A stretch of DNA of 55,929 nt, counting the filler, from Dugesia japonica (lineage: Eukaryota), in assembly GCA_001938525.1 (NCBI GenBank). It is 4 parts of 4 records of this genome, joined end to end, with 100 filler letters (N's around TTAATTAATTAA, not from the genome) between each part and the next. Parts side by side here need not be neighbours in the genome. Positions count along the whole stretch, not along the records: positions 1 to 15,683 come from MQRL01640427.1; 3 more parts are not named here. One strand, given 5' to 3'. Positions 1 to 11,905 of the stretch are shown piece after piece (the first letter of the stretch is position 1; every line of letters starts with the position of its first letter). The position numbers and the translations under genes are program-made. Under the pieces are notes generated by a model. It ran no database searches. It was not told where the DNA came from and saw nothing but the letters and a program-made list of their open reading frames with translations.

Positions 1-1977
1 TGTTTTTTGTATAAATATATATAATATAAATGTTGTAATTTTTGTACTGGACAATTTAATGTAACAGACTGTATGTGCAACAGAAAAGATAAAAATGCAA
101 CATTAATTTATAATTAATACTAAAACAAATTTGCCTAAAACAAAATTGGCATCATTACATGATAAATTGTTTAATGTTCTAAATACAAATCCACCTCATA
201 ATCCTTTATTAATGGGAAAAGCTCTACAAAACAACGGAGATCTGTCTCGTCCGGATGTAAAATTAAGGCCGGGGTCAAAAGATGCCCGGTTAACAGCTTC
301 TTCCGAGATCCTGTACGCTCTTGAGGGATTCATAGAAGGGTTTGTATTAAAATTTCGGTCATGAGCAGGCTGTTTCCTAATTGATATAATAGTAAACTAC
401 ATTCTAAGAAGACTACGGGATTTGCAATCAAGGAACCTGTTGCTATAATCCAGCTGATTCCCCACTGTAATACCAGCAAAAATATTTAGCTTATGGCACC
501 TGGTGCTTGCATTTATTAGTCCGAATTATTGTATAAAAATAATATCGCTAATTAGTGATTAGTTCACCCGTTTTTCAGAGTTTTGGATCAATCATTAATC
601 GACAAATTGAAATTAAATCATTACTCATTTATCATTTATTGGTAATCGGCAAGGAGTTATAATTTGCTAAGAAAACGACAATTGGTAACGGAATTTATCT
701 GAATTGACAAACAAGGAATTGGAAATTTATTATCGTAAAGGCAATCCATATTATTATCATGACTAGTCTGTTCTCCTGCTTCAAAACCATCAAATGAAGG
801 ATATGCTAATATGGTAATTCATGTTTTGCTAAAAAATAAATATTTGAATTCTACTTCTCTTTATTTATTATTTATAAATTAACAATAATTAAATTTGAAA
901 TTATTTATGCTTTATTATTGAATACAGAATGTTACTATCATAAATAACTGACATTAACACATGATTAAAATGAAAATTTACTTGTAATTTGAAAATTAGG
1001 TTCCTGCAAAGAGTTTTTCTCTAGTTTTTCTTTTAGTCAAGAATTTTCACACTGATTCAACTATAGTTTACTTTCGATTTTTTCCTTTGATCACTCGTGA
1101 TAAATTTTGTTTCCAGTAATAAATAGATCAACCAATTGAATAATTAATGAGTCGTAGAATTTCTCCTTTGATATTTCGAAATTAATGAGTAAGTCTTTAA
1201 CACTAAGGTTTTCTGAAATAAATTGTTGTTTTTCGACTAAAATCAGGGGGATTTTATACCATTTTTGATTACAACCTGACTCCTTCTGCATTGGATGTCT
1301 ATTTTTAATTTGAATTTCTTGCTTCTCATTGGGTCTTGGTCTAAAATTCTAAAGTTTTTTAACATTTTCCGCTACACCAATGGTCCCTATTTTTGGAGCA
1401 CCTTGTAATTTTTCTGTCTTTGTTCTATTTTTTTTTCTGGTCTATTATTGGTTCATTCTCAAAACCCTCCTGGTGATTGTAGAGTTTTCTTGTTAGACAA
1501 TCCTATTGCCCCGCATCTTTTCCTTTTTGGATTTTCTTATTCTAAATCTCCGTGATTTTCCTGGGCGGAGATAATCGACCAAAACTGATTTTTATCTAAT
1601 TTTAATTCTTTTTTGTGATAAATTAATTAATTTTCCTTTATTAATTAATTATTATTTTCTTAAGCATTTTCTTATTTTTCTTTTTAATAATTATAATTCT
1701 CCTAATTAATAGCTTGATTTCGGCCACTATTTTACCCACTTGATCCATTATTTCTACATTTACATTTTCTCGCGTTTTCGTATTAATGTAATTATTGCAA
1801 TTTTCTCTTCATTACTAATTATCCTACTCAGTTTCCTTTTCAAATCTCCTTCTTTACGAATTAGCCCCTGGCTTTGTTTTTTCTTCTCAAACCAATTNNN
1901 NNNNNNNNNNNNNNNNNNNNNNNNNNNNNNNNNNNNNNNNNNNNNNNNNNNNNNNNNNNNNNNNNNNNNNNNNNNNN

Positions 1978-2230
1978 TGAGTGTATAGCGTTTATGAATG
2001 TATTATTTGCATAGAAACCGTGTATTATGGAGTTTGGGAGTGTATTATTTAGATAGTAACCCTGTATTATAAGGCTTATGAGTGTATTACTTGCATAGTA
2101 ACCAGGTAATATGAGGTCACCATGTAAATAAATGCTCATGTTATGCAAAATGCATGCCCATAGCATGTAAAATGTATGCTCGAGTCATGTACAATGCATG
2201 CTTACATCATGTTCATCACATGTTCATAAC
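1978..2230. repeat. Composite minisatellite module, copy 1 (42-bp units then ~22/11-bp CATG-rich units)
   Basis: TGTATTA(T/C)TT recurs at 1999, 2041 and 2083 (period 42); CATGTAAAATGCATGCT-like units follow. Confidence 0.85.
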
Positions 2231-3570
2231 AAACTTAAAGTTCATTTTATTTTATAAAAAAAAGTTATTTTGTTAATTGGCATTGTTTTTATTAAAATAA
2301 AGAAAATAAGACAGTATTTGATTACACATATTTTAGTCTATTAAACAAAATTTCATTAAATGCAACACATGTACAAACGTTAAATAATATTACAATCTTT
2401 TTTAATTAATAATTGCAGGTTGAATATTCTTTCCATATTTCTGTTAAATTCGTTTTCTATAAAATATTTTATCTGTTTATTTTTAATTGACTGATAATTA
2501 TCAGATCCAATAGTTAACCCTTGTAATGAATGAATATATAGTTTTTCTTCTTTTTCTTCTTTGCATTCTTTATTAGCTATGAAATCATAATTTAGTTTGC
2601 GAAATGCTCTGCTAAAATAGATTGCGACTTGTTTAATATTATAATTTCTTCATTTTTATCATAAAGAGTTCGTCCTATTTTGTCTCTGAAAATATTTAAT
2701 AGATAATCCGATTGGGCACAGCATAGCGTTAAATGTTTATTTTCCGATTCTTTCGCTTCTGTAACCATTAAATTATAACCAATTTTACTGATATCATTCA
2801 GATTATATAATGNTNCTGTAATTGTATCCANCAAATTCTTCTTTATTAGTTTTTTAACTTAGTCATTATTACCGAGATGATAATATTGAGACAACTGTAA
2901 CTAATAGTTACTTATTAATAAACATGCATTAAGTTCAATCATAATAATCTAAAAGAACAAAAATAATAATATAAAACCAAAATAATAATTTAACCTTTTT
3001 GTTCTGATAATTCACTGGGTTTTTTGTAAAATAAGTCTGAAATTGTGATAAAATAATAACATAATTATTGTTATAATGATTGGGTTTTGATGGAGTTCAT
3101 TAACTTGATCCGTTAAAAAAATTATGAATATTTTATTAGAATTAATGGGTTTATTANNNNNNNNNNNNNNNNNNNNNNNNNNNNNNNNNNNNNNNAAATC
3201 TAGTGGTTCTACATAAAAAATATAATTTTATAGTTATTGAAAAATAAAACCTAGATTTTGGACATTCAAAATTGCTTAGTAATTAATTAAATTTCTAGAG
3301 AAATTAAAAATTGGCATATAAAATTATCATGAAATTCAATTCCTAAGCAGGATCGACAATGGTCTATTGAGTAAACATTGAAGAGCCAAAAGAGAACTAA
3401 ATTGGTTGTTATAACTTTATTGACATCCGTTGTGTTATTTTGTTTGTTTAGTCGGAATTGATGTAATTATTATTTTTGTTTTATCGTTTAATAAATACAT
3501 TTGAAAAATAATTTTGTTTCTTTCTTGCATTATTTATATAAAAAATTTGTATAAAAAATAGTTTTATAAC

Positions 3571-3785
3571 TGTATATAGTTTATGAGTGTATTATTTACA
3601 TAGCAACTGCGTAATATAATGATTATGAAGGTATTATTTACATAGTAACCATGTAATATAGGGTTTATTTACATATTAACCATGTAATATGAGATAGTAA
3701 TGTAAATGCATGCTCATGTTATGTAAAATGCATGGTCACGTCATACAAAATGCAGGCTCGTGTCATGTTTATGACATGTTCATAA
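3571..3785. repeat. Composite minisatellite module, copy 2 (direct repeat of 1978-2230)
   Basis: Same 42-bp unit at 3588 and 3630, the same CATG-rich array, and the same ending CATGTTCATAA. Confidence 0.85.
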
Positions 3786-3949
3786 AAATTAAATAAATAA
3801 TATGAAATAATAATAACAAGTTTATTAAAAAGAGTAATTTTTTTCTTAGTATTATTTAAAACAAACTGAACAAGATTTTTTTGTCAATAAAACTTGTATT
3901 TCGTGTACTACAAATACATGCAAATGAATATCTCATCTTTAATGTTGCT

Positions 3950-4135
3950 TCTTTTTAATAAACAGCGTTGTCTACAAGTAAACAGCTATAAAATGTTCTC
4001 CACATAGATTTTTTGTATGAGTATCCTCGATTAAGACAATGTTTACTGTAAAATACTGATCCAAGTAACTTTGATGCACTCCGTTCAATCTGAATAGAAC
4101 TAATAAATTAAACAATAACTCTTACGTTATTGCAA
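3950..4135 (-). pseudogene. Possible C-terminal remnant of adenain-like cysteine protease
   Basis: SIQIERSASKLLGSVFYSKHCLNRGYSYKKSMWRTFYSCLLVDNAVL loosely resembles the Polinton protease tail (Q-S--CG--C--F---R-RG-S). It lies directly after the MCP. Catalytic Cys is not retained. Confidence 0.3.
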
Positions 4136-4139
4136 TTCT

Positions 4140-5342
4140 TTACACCAATACTGTTCCGTTGGCATTAATCTGAATTTCCTTTTCGAATACCCCATAAATT
4201 ATAATATATGCCGATGTTGTAAAAGCTTTGACAAACTTGATATCCAATATCAAATTTCCTTGCTATGGTAATTGACTCTGATTTATATCGAAATCTGGAG
4301 CAAGAACAAATGTAAAAAAGGGATAATTATCCTTAAATTTGTAAAGTGTTATTCCAAAATTCATATTCTTATCCAAATATCCCATATTTCTTACTATATA
4401 TTGCATATATGTTGTAGTACAATTATCGTTTGTAAAATCTTGAGTATATATTTCTCGATAATCAATGTTTTTTGTCAAGGAAACGAAAACAGCATCTAGA
4501 TTTTGAAAGGTTGAACTCGAGCTTTTATAACTACCATTATATTGTTCTCTAATTTAAAATGTAACCAGAATAAAGCTAGGTAATCGACGATCACGGAAGA
4601 TTTGTTCTTTTTTAAACGATGAACTGTCTTTACTAATTGCAAATGCAACGAAATTTTTTGTTTCTTATTGGATAAAAGCAATTTGCTTTTTTAGTCCCAT
4701 TTGATTAGCAGCTAGTACTGAGGATTCAACTCATACACGTCTAACCATTAATTTTGCATCTAGTACTATATATCTTGGTTCATTAGCTGCAGATATCAAA
4801 CAAACCTTAGAAGATGGTCTAATCTAATATAGACATTGACATAAGGTATTTTGGTTGATCCATGAAATCGAGTTGTATTGAACTACATAGAGAAAATTGT
4901 TTGGATATTTTAATAGACGTTTTTCTATCTGATTCTAATCTATATCCCATTGATGTAAGACATATATTCTTACTATCGCCATTATAATTTATCATAGTTT
5001 CAATCAATGCTTAGGGAAGATAAGATCTATTTCCACCTTCAATTTTGAAATTATTAAACGTAAGAATTACATCCTTAAAAAACGTATGCAACATATTGTT
5101 ATTATGAACTGCATTATGAGTTTTAGTCATATCTTTACCATCCTTATCAACTATCTTCACTTTAATATACAATAAAGTATCATTCAAATCCAAATATTCT
5201 CTTTGAGATCCAATTATTAAAAACTCCACATCGCTTTATGATTCTAAAATTGAATTCATAGGAAAGACATCTTCAAAAGTACCACTTTCAATTACAGCTT
5301 GTGGAGATGGTCGATCAAAAGTACGTAATTCAGTTTTAATAT
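4140..5342 (-). pseudogene. Polinton major capsid protein (double jelly roll), fragmented
   Basis: Successive fragments KTELRTFDRPSPQAVIESG, EFLIIGSQREYLDLNDTLLYIKVKIV, NNMLHTFFKDV, IETMINY, QDFTND..YPFFTFVLAPDF and GNLILDIKFVKA..IYGVFEKEIQINANGTVL match the Polinton MCP pattern (KSELDLF..Q..IE / YLDL..T.LY / NN.LHSLF / AFDLTPD / GNLRLE..F...YAEFEN.I.I). Confidence 0.9.
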
Positions 5343-5344
5343 TT

Positions 5345-5873
5345 ATTTGTTCAACGGAATCATCGTTTTTAAAGGTATAAAAGCGAATAGTAAAAGTTTT
5401 ATCACCAATATGTTTACTAGTATCAAGATTTACAATTTCACCCGATTGTGCTAGTTGAGCTCTATCGTACGAAATTCTTTCCGAATTTTCTAAAGTATTA
5501 AATGACAAACTATGGAATTTAATAACAATATTAAAGTATATCATATTTTTGTTTATTAATTGTATAACTGTTTTCTTATTATTTTGATATTTGTCTTTAT
5601 TGGTAACAGACAAAAGAACTATTTTTCTTTATGGTTAACAACAACTGTTAGTTTCTTCTCAATTGATTTAAATAATTCATAAACAATCCTAGATTGACTG
5701 TAAATCGGCATGGCTGAATATACAAAGGTGAAATCCATCATGGCAACTTCCCAACTACCATCCATGTAAATTGGATTTTGAAGCTCAACAATGTAATTAC
5801 TATCAGTATTATTTGGATAAACTAGTGGAATACTATTTTTAGGTAAAATCGTATAGAAATTATTTGATTTCAT
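5345..5873 (-). pseudogene. Polinton minor capsid (penton) protein, N-terminal part
   Basis: FYTILPKNSIPLVYPNNTDSNYIVELQNPIYMDGSWEVAMMDF matches the penton N-terminal motif FY.TLPSN....YP.NT...F...L..P..L.G.WEV.L.. Confidence 0.85.
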
Positions 5874-5879
5874 CTGAAT

Positions 5880-6295
5880 TTTTGTCTTGATATTCTATTT
5901 GTGTTGCTACTATCCAACTTGGTTTTCGTATTCATATCATTTTACATAGTATTTTTATTCTTTCAGTCCCCTTTGATTAAAATCAAACACCTCTTGCAAA
6001 TTTATTGAATACAACGATAAATGACAAAAAATATACTTGTAAACTTTATTAATCTTTGAATATGGAACCATTTCCATTATATGCATTTATCATAAATCAT
6101 CAATACCATATGCTTTATATGCTCTTTTGGAAATCTTTTCAACATTGACTTGTTCAGATTGTACACTAGATGATCAGATAACCACTTTTTCGATTTGTTT
6201 GCTTTTTTTTAGCTGCTTTCATCAAATATTTTAAGCTTCGAAAATCTGCTGGGATTTTTGGACGCATCCATATTATCTTCATCTTTGTCTCCATT
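5880..6295 (-). pseudogene. Polinton retroviral-like integrase remnant (internally deleted)
   Basis: Minus strand reads LKYLMKAAKKK..KWLSDHLVYNLNKSMLKRFPKRAYKAYGIDDL**MHIMEMVPYSKINKVYKYI, matching the Polinton INT motif WL....YTLHKP.R..F.RR.....GIDD.WQ.DL.DM..YSK.N.GYKY.L. It ends with a chromodomain-like KPSWI. Confidence 0.85.
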
Positions 6296-6423
6296 ACAAC
6301 AATTTGATGCGAATTTCAGGTCAAAGTTAGGTGACGATTGCAATCCACTCACTGTTCATTTGAGTTAATTATTAATCTTGCTGCTATAAATTCAACCATT
6401 GTTTATTTGAAATGGGTTTTGCC

Positions 6424-6612
6424 TTATGCAACCAATGTAATTGGTAGTAATGCTGCTATAAAACCACCTCCTTTATTATTTATTACTCGTCTCATTGATT
6501 TTCTATTTTTTGTGTTTACAAGCGTTAATAAACTTTTTTTATGTTTTTTCAATGTTTTCCTTTTGGGTGCACTCAAATCAAAATGGTTTTTATTATATAT
6601 ACATATTCCATT
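6424..6612 (-). pseudogene. Small basic core-protein-like ORF (adenovirus pX-like GG-F motif)
   Basis: NHFDLSAPKRKTLKKHKKSLLTLVNTKNRKSMRRVINNKGGGFIAALLPITLVA*: a basic tract followed by GGF and a hydrophobic tail, typical of Polinton small ORFs. Confidence 0.7.
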
Positions 6613-8280
6613 ATATTTTTATTTCTTGTAATTACAAAATGACTAAACGAAAATCATCTATGAAGGAATTCGAACAGGATTTCATGAAAACAGATTGAAT
6701 ATTTATTAATTTTGTGATTTTATTAATAAATTTAATTTAGGAATTCTAACGGATATTTTAGAAAAACGGGAAATGATCGACGAAGAAAGAAAATGAATGA
6801 TTCCGGATGTTATAATAAGCCAGTATATGGCAGCTAAATTTTGCACACCTAACTGTATCGGGTGTGCAAAGTATAATCTTTTTGTTGACATGGAGAAGCA
6901 TCAGATAGAACTGCAGAATTACAACAATTATTTTTGTTTTGTATAGTGATTAGAAAATAAATGTATTATTATTTAGTTTTTTATTTAGTTTTTTTATAAT
7001 TTAAAATTATAATTCAAATAAATATAAAGATTTATTTCACTAAAAAACATAACACCAAGTAAACATTAAGTAAACAAATTTAGATTGTCTTTGAAATGTT
7101 TTTGACCTTCCATATAATTCCTACCAAATTTATTGATTTCTTAAAACCTTTAATCTCCACTTGAATCATCCATTGAATGTCGTCTTCATAATTGTTTTCA
7201 TCACGTTCTTTAAAGGCTATATAAATATTCTCATTGAATTCAATTTGTCTGCTTAATCAAGCAAATATGATTTTCAGTATATTTCTATCCTTCTCATAAA
7301 TTTCAGATAGAAGCAAACTAATCTTTTTATTGAAACTGGATTCTAAAATAAACTAATAATTTATAATGAAATAAAAAATAATTAATTTGAAATCATAGAT
7401 AATCGGAGTCTTTGAAAAGAACATCTTGTAATTGTGGAAATCAGTAATTTTTCCAAGTTCCACAATTATTGTTGACACATTTTCCTTGGTGAGTTGATTT
7501 TCTTGCATTTTTGAGTTGTAAAAGTGATTAATTTTATGTAAACCTTTGCTTATATAATAGTTGCGATGTATTTTTGTAATTTGTCTTTGAAATCGTAATT
7601 TGTGAGTTCCTATTGGTTAGTGTTTGCTTAAATTGATATGATTTGTTAATATTTCTTGTTAAATTTCAGCATAATTTTGGCTTGATTCTCTTTTTACTTT
7701 GCCACAAATTTTTGTCAGAATTTCTCTTTAAATCTGAACATATTTTTGTTTTGATTCTCTTTTGACTAGGCCACAAATTTTTGTCAAAATCTGTCTTCTA
7801 ATTTCAGCAACCCAACATTTTTATTAATTGTGCCAGATTTTATTAAAATCAACTTTTTTCAAAAAGTGATTACGTCATACCCACACCACAGAATTATTTC
7901 AATTAAATCTAAAATCACCGATAATTAATTCTCTTTTCACCCATACCGAATTCCCCTACCCAAAAATTCTTTTAACACTTTGATACTACTTACAAAAATA
8001 AACCAATCAAATTCAAACTCTAAAAATCTGAAATTCTGGTACAATCGACAACATTGTGGAAATATTTTACATCAGTTGGAAATTAGAAATGCAATAAAAA
8101 TTTATTACAAAAGATTGAAAATGATTATAATATTATCATTCATTCAAGAGCATTGGAATATTACGAAAAGATGCTATATATTCTCCATCTTGTTTTTTAA
8201 TTTATGCATAATTTAGTACATTGTTTATATTTTTTTATCGAATCAATTAAATTAATTCTGGAAATTCCTAATGTACCCCC

Positions 8281-8524
8281 TGGAGGGGTGACGTGTTGAA
8301 AGATTTAACAAAGAAAATGAGCTTTCCTATGAGTAAACCATGTCAACTCAAAGTCAAAAGTGACAAGTATACAAATATATTCTTTAGAACGGGAAAATGT
8401 AGAATAATGGAGTGCAAAAAACCATTAGAACTAAGATTTGAACCTCTTTGATATTAAAATTATATGACTACAATCTATAACAGTTATCGCAAATGTTGAG
8501 ATGTCTTTGGGATTTGGCAGAGGC
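8281..8524 (+). pseudogene. TATA-binding-protein-like fragment
   Basis: WRGDVLKDLTKKMSFPMSKPCQLKVKSDKYTNIFFRTGKCRIMECKKPL, then after a frameshift FDIKII*LQSITVIANV. Compare the TBP repeat motifs T.LIF.SGK.V.TG.K and FKIQN.V.S. Confidence 0.55.
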
Positions 8525-9192
8525 NNNNNNNNNNNNNNNNNNNNNNNNNNNNNNNNNNNNNNNNNNNNNNNNNNNNNNNNNNNNNNNNNNNNNNNNNNNN
8601 NNNNNNNNNNNNNNNNATATAAATAGAATAATATCGTATAAATATGCTATATAGTATTCCTTATATAATCAAATAAAAGATTTACTTTTAGAAATTTTAT
8701 TAAAATTCAATTATTCGTTTACAAGATATTATTTATTCGTTTACAAGGTATTAATTTTATCTACTGGTCTGCAACAATAAAAGTTTTAGACCTTTTACTA
8801 AATTTTAGTGAGGGTGAATTAAAATGAAAATAAGCTCTCTATTTGTACTAGACAGGTACGCATGCAAATTATAAGAAATCGTAAATATTTACAAGAAATA
8901 ATACAATAATTCATTAAAATTATAAATATTTATAAAATTCATGTACTAAAATTTTCTATTTTTATAAAATTATTCTATTGTTATATTTTCTGCAAAATTA
9001 TTCTTTTTAAAGCAAAATATTATGAGGTATATGGATAATTTCGTCTCGTTTCTATACAAATATTTTATTTAATTGAATTTATGGAAATATTAAACACTAG
9101 CACAATTGAAGTTTTAATGTTGCTTAATTGAACCAACTATATTGAAAATATTAAAAAAAAACTGCATTTTTTCAAATTTGGTAAAATTTAAA

Positions 9193-10042
9193 ATGTATAT
9201 AGAAATAAACATAGACACATCAAGCTTTATTATTTTCAGATGAGCAAAAATGCTTCACAGAACCCCACGAAAATATGGTCTGTGAGAGTACTGTTGATGA
9301 TTCTACGTGTCTCAAACGATTTCAGACATTTTTGCCAGAAAATGATTAATTTTACTGATGTACCACGTTCCGGATGACATATTAAGCGCGATAACGACAA
9401 AATATTGGCGCTTATTGAGAGTGATCACAATAGACAAACTGAAAAGATTGAATAAATTCTTTTTTTTAACTAGTTAACAGTTTCCAGACATTTACATAAA
9501 TTTGAAATTAACGGAGAAAAATTTACAAGACAATTACTGTTTGTGATTCTCTATTAATGTGTTACAAAGCTTTTAAACCGAGAGGTAACCCATAATGAAA
9601 AATTAACAGAATAGAATATTGTTAAGTGTAAGAAATCGTGGTGTACCGTTAACCGTAGCCAAAGACAGCCTATGTATAAGGAAAGCAATACTATATAAGC
9701 TGTGGAATTTTAAGAGAATCATTTATTATGAGCTTTTGCTTTAAAATCAAACTACTAATTCGAAAAAATAATTTTCACAACTGTAATTTGAAGGAAGCAA
9801 TCAACCAGAAGGTGCCTGAACTAGCAAACAAGAAGGCTATTTTTTAAATTCAGACGTGATAAGAACCTTTCTTGCTTGGAATATTCGAAATCTCTTGAAA
9901 CTGTTTCTCAGAGTTTTTGAGTGCAGCATTATGAAGCTTCCTGACAGATAAAGAAAGGTCATCCAACAGAATGGTCAATATTGTATTGATGGAATGTCAT
10001 TTTTTTTGTATAAAAAACTTGATCAACTTATGCAGTCCTAAT
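9193..10042 (+). mobile_element. Decayed mariner (DD34D-type) transposon
   Basis: N-terminal HRHIKLYYF..KNAS, FTDVPRSG, DNDKILALIESD; C-terminal IMKLPDR*RKVIQQNGQY. Confidence 0.8.
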
Positions 10043-11153
10043 TATATTGCACAGAAAATTTGCATTCGAAAAATCGAATAAATGCACAAAATAGAAGCTT
10101 TCTTTGATGCCGTAAATGAAAAAGGTAAAAATAGAATGTAATAACCGGCTAAATTTAGATTATTTGTATTTATTATATATTATCGTTTATAATTTACTAA
10201 GTTGCTTTTGTGTTATGATTTTTTTTACAACATGACAGTGTTAAAGTTCAACTTCGATAACATTACAAAATGATGTCATAAGTAAATAAAATGAAAATCA
10301 ATATAGAAGTATATATATATAATTGTACTTTAATTGAAATAGTATTGATTCAAATGCTATCCACTATTGTTTGGATATTTTACGAATCAAAAAGCATTTT
10401 CGCATATTATCACAAACCTGTAACATGTCAATATGAAATTGATTTAGTAATTTCATTGAACTTGTAGTCAACATATATAATTTTAATTCAAAATCATATG
10501 ATATCAGTAAATTATAATCTGAACATAAATAAAGTACACTCTTTAACAGTAAATATTTTTGTTTTCTGGATGCGATTTTATAAAAATATTACCTCATTAG
10601 ATCTTCAATTTCAATATTATTCGCATGTTATAAAATAGGAATCAAATTTCTAAACAAATTTTACTATGAACAATACCCGATTCTCTCAGTATTTTCCATG
10701 ATTTTCATTACTATGAAATATACTACTTATTAATTGCATATTTTGCATTTTCTTTGCACACAAAACATACTATTAATTCATTGGAGTATTTGAATCTGTG
10801 TGTCTGTTAAACACGACATTTTCATATTCTTAAAATTGTTTGGAGTTTGTTAAAACTATTTCGTATTTCTTTAACGAACAAAAAATTATTAAATTGTTTT
10901 TTCATGTGTATAATAAAAACGATCATTGGACTAGTTTTAAAACCAGTAATCTTATATCAACAATACGTATATGAGATGATTAATATTAACTTGAAATCGA
11001 TTTTCATCAATGATATATTCATTATCAATGACATATTTTTTAATAAAACAAAAAACACTTGATGAAATTTTATTGATTAAAGACTTCATAATAATAATAA
11101 ATGAAAAATAAAAATTACAAAATATATTTTACATAGTCATCTTGGGAAAAAAA

Positions 11154-11905
11154 TTATACATAATTACATCGATCACATTCTTGTTGCAATAAAGACGAGA
11201 TAAATTCCATGTTGTAATTATTTTCAACACATAAGTTTCTTATAATTTCCACTAACACTGGGAAAGAATTTCCGGGTTTATTTAACCAATTTATAATCAC
11301 AATTTTTGAATCTTTAATATCATTTTTATCTTCTAAAAATAAATTATAATTGAAAAAGATTATAAAAATTTCAAAAATCACTTACTAATTTTCTCTATTA
11401 AACTAATAAGCAAAACTGGCGACAGAAATGAAATGAGATTATCGATTTGTGAATTTGAAATATTAAGTAATTTCTGAATTTCTAATTAAAGTAATCGATT
11501 GAAATGATAAATTAATTAATTTAATTGATACCTTTATTTACAGGCTGCTCGATTCCGGAAATTGGAATTGGTTTTGCAGCTTCCATATCATAATTGTTGA
11601 ATTTCAATTTTTTTGTTAGCATACCTTTTGATCGTTGATTAATGAATTTATAAATGACATAAATGCTTGTTGTGATAATGATTAGACTGAGTATTATACA
11701 GTAAAGGGGAATCAATCGATTAGTAATATCCTTAGATTTTGCTGTTGAAAAAGTTGTTGTATTGCTAACTGAATTAACTAAATAAAAATCAATATGTCAA
11801 TTATAAAAATAATTTAAATAATAAATCCAAACCTGATATTAATTGATCTTTGAAAGTTTTTGTTGGATCTGGTGCAACGATTAATTTTTCCCATTCGCTT
11901 CCCAT
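11154..11905 (-). CDS. 197-aa single-pass protein with p75NTR-type TM and death-domain-like tail (NRADD/NRH2-like architecture); exons 11905-11833, 11777-11532, 11481-11386, 11332-11154
   Basis: Four exons joined by GT-AG introns of 55, 50 and 53 nt give an open 594-nt frame. TM NRLIPLYCIILSLIIITTSIYVIYKF resembles p75NTR DNLIPVYCSILAAVVVGLVAYIAFKR. EIQKLLN..IINWLNKPGNSFPVLVEIIRNL resembles EVEKLLN..LLASWATQDSATLDALLAALRRI. Confidence 0.75.

Larger units (their letters stand above)
1978..8524 (-). mobile_element. Degenerate Polinton/Maverick (adintovirus-like) endogenous element 1; boundaries approximate
   Basis: Co-oriented minus-strand remnants in Polinton order: pX-like ORF, retroviral-like integrase, penton, MCP, possible protease. 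Many stops, frameshifts and internal deletions. Confidence 0.85.

Noticed and set aside
1978-2230. 42-bp periodic repeats as a CRISPR-like array
   Set aside because: Units are contiguous and degenerate with no unique spacers; eukaryotic context and no cas genes.
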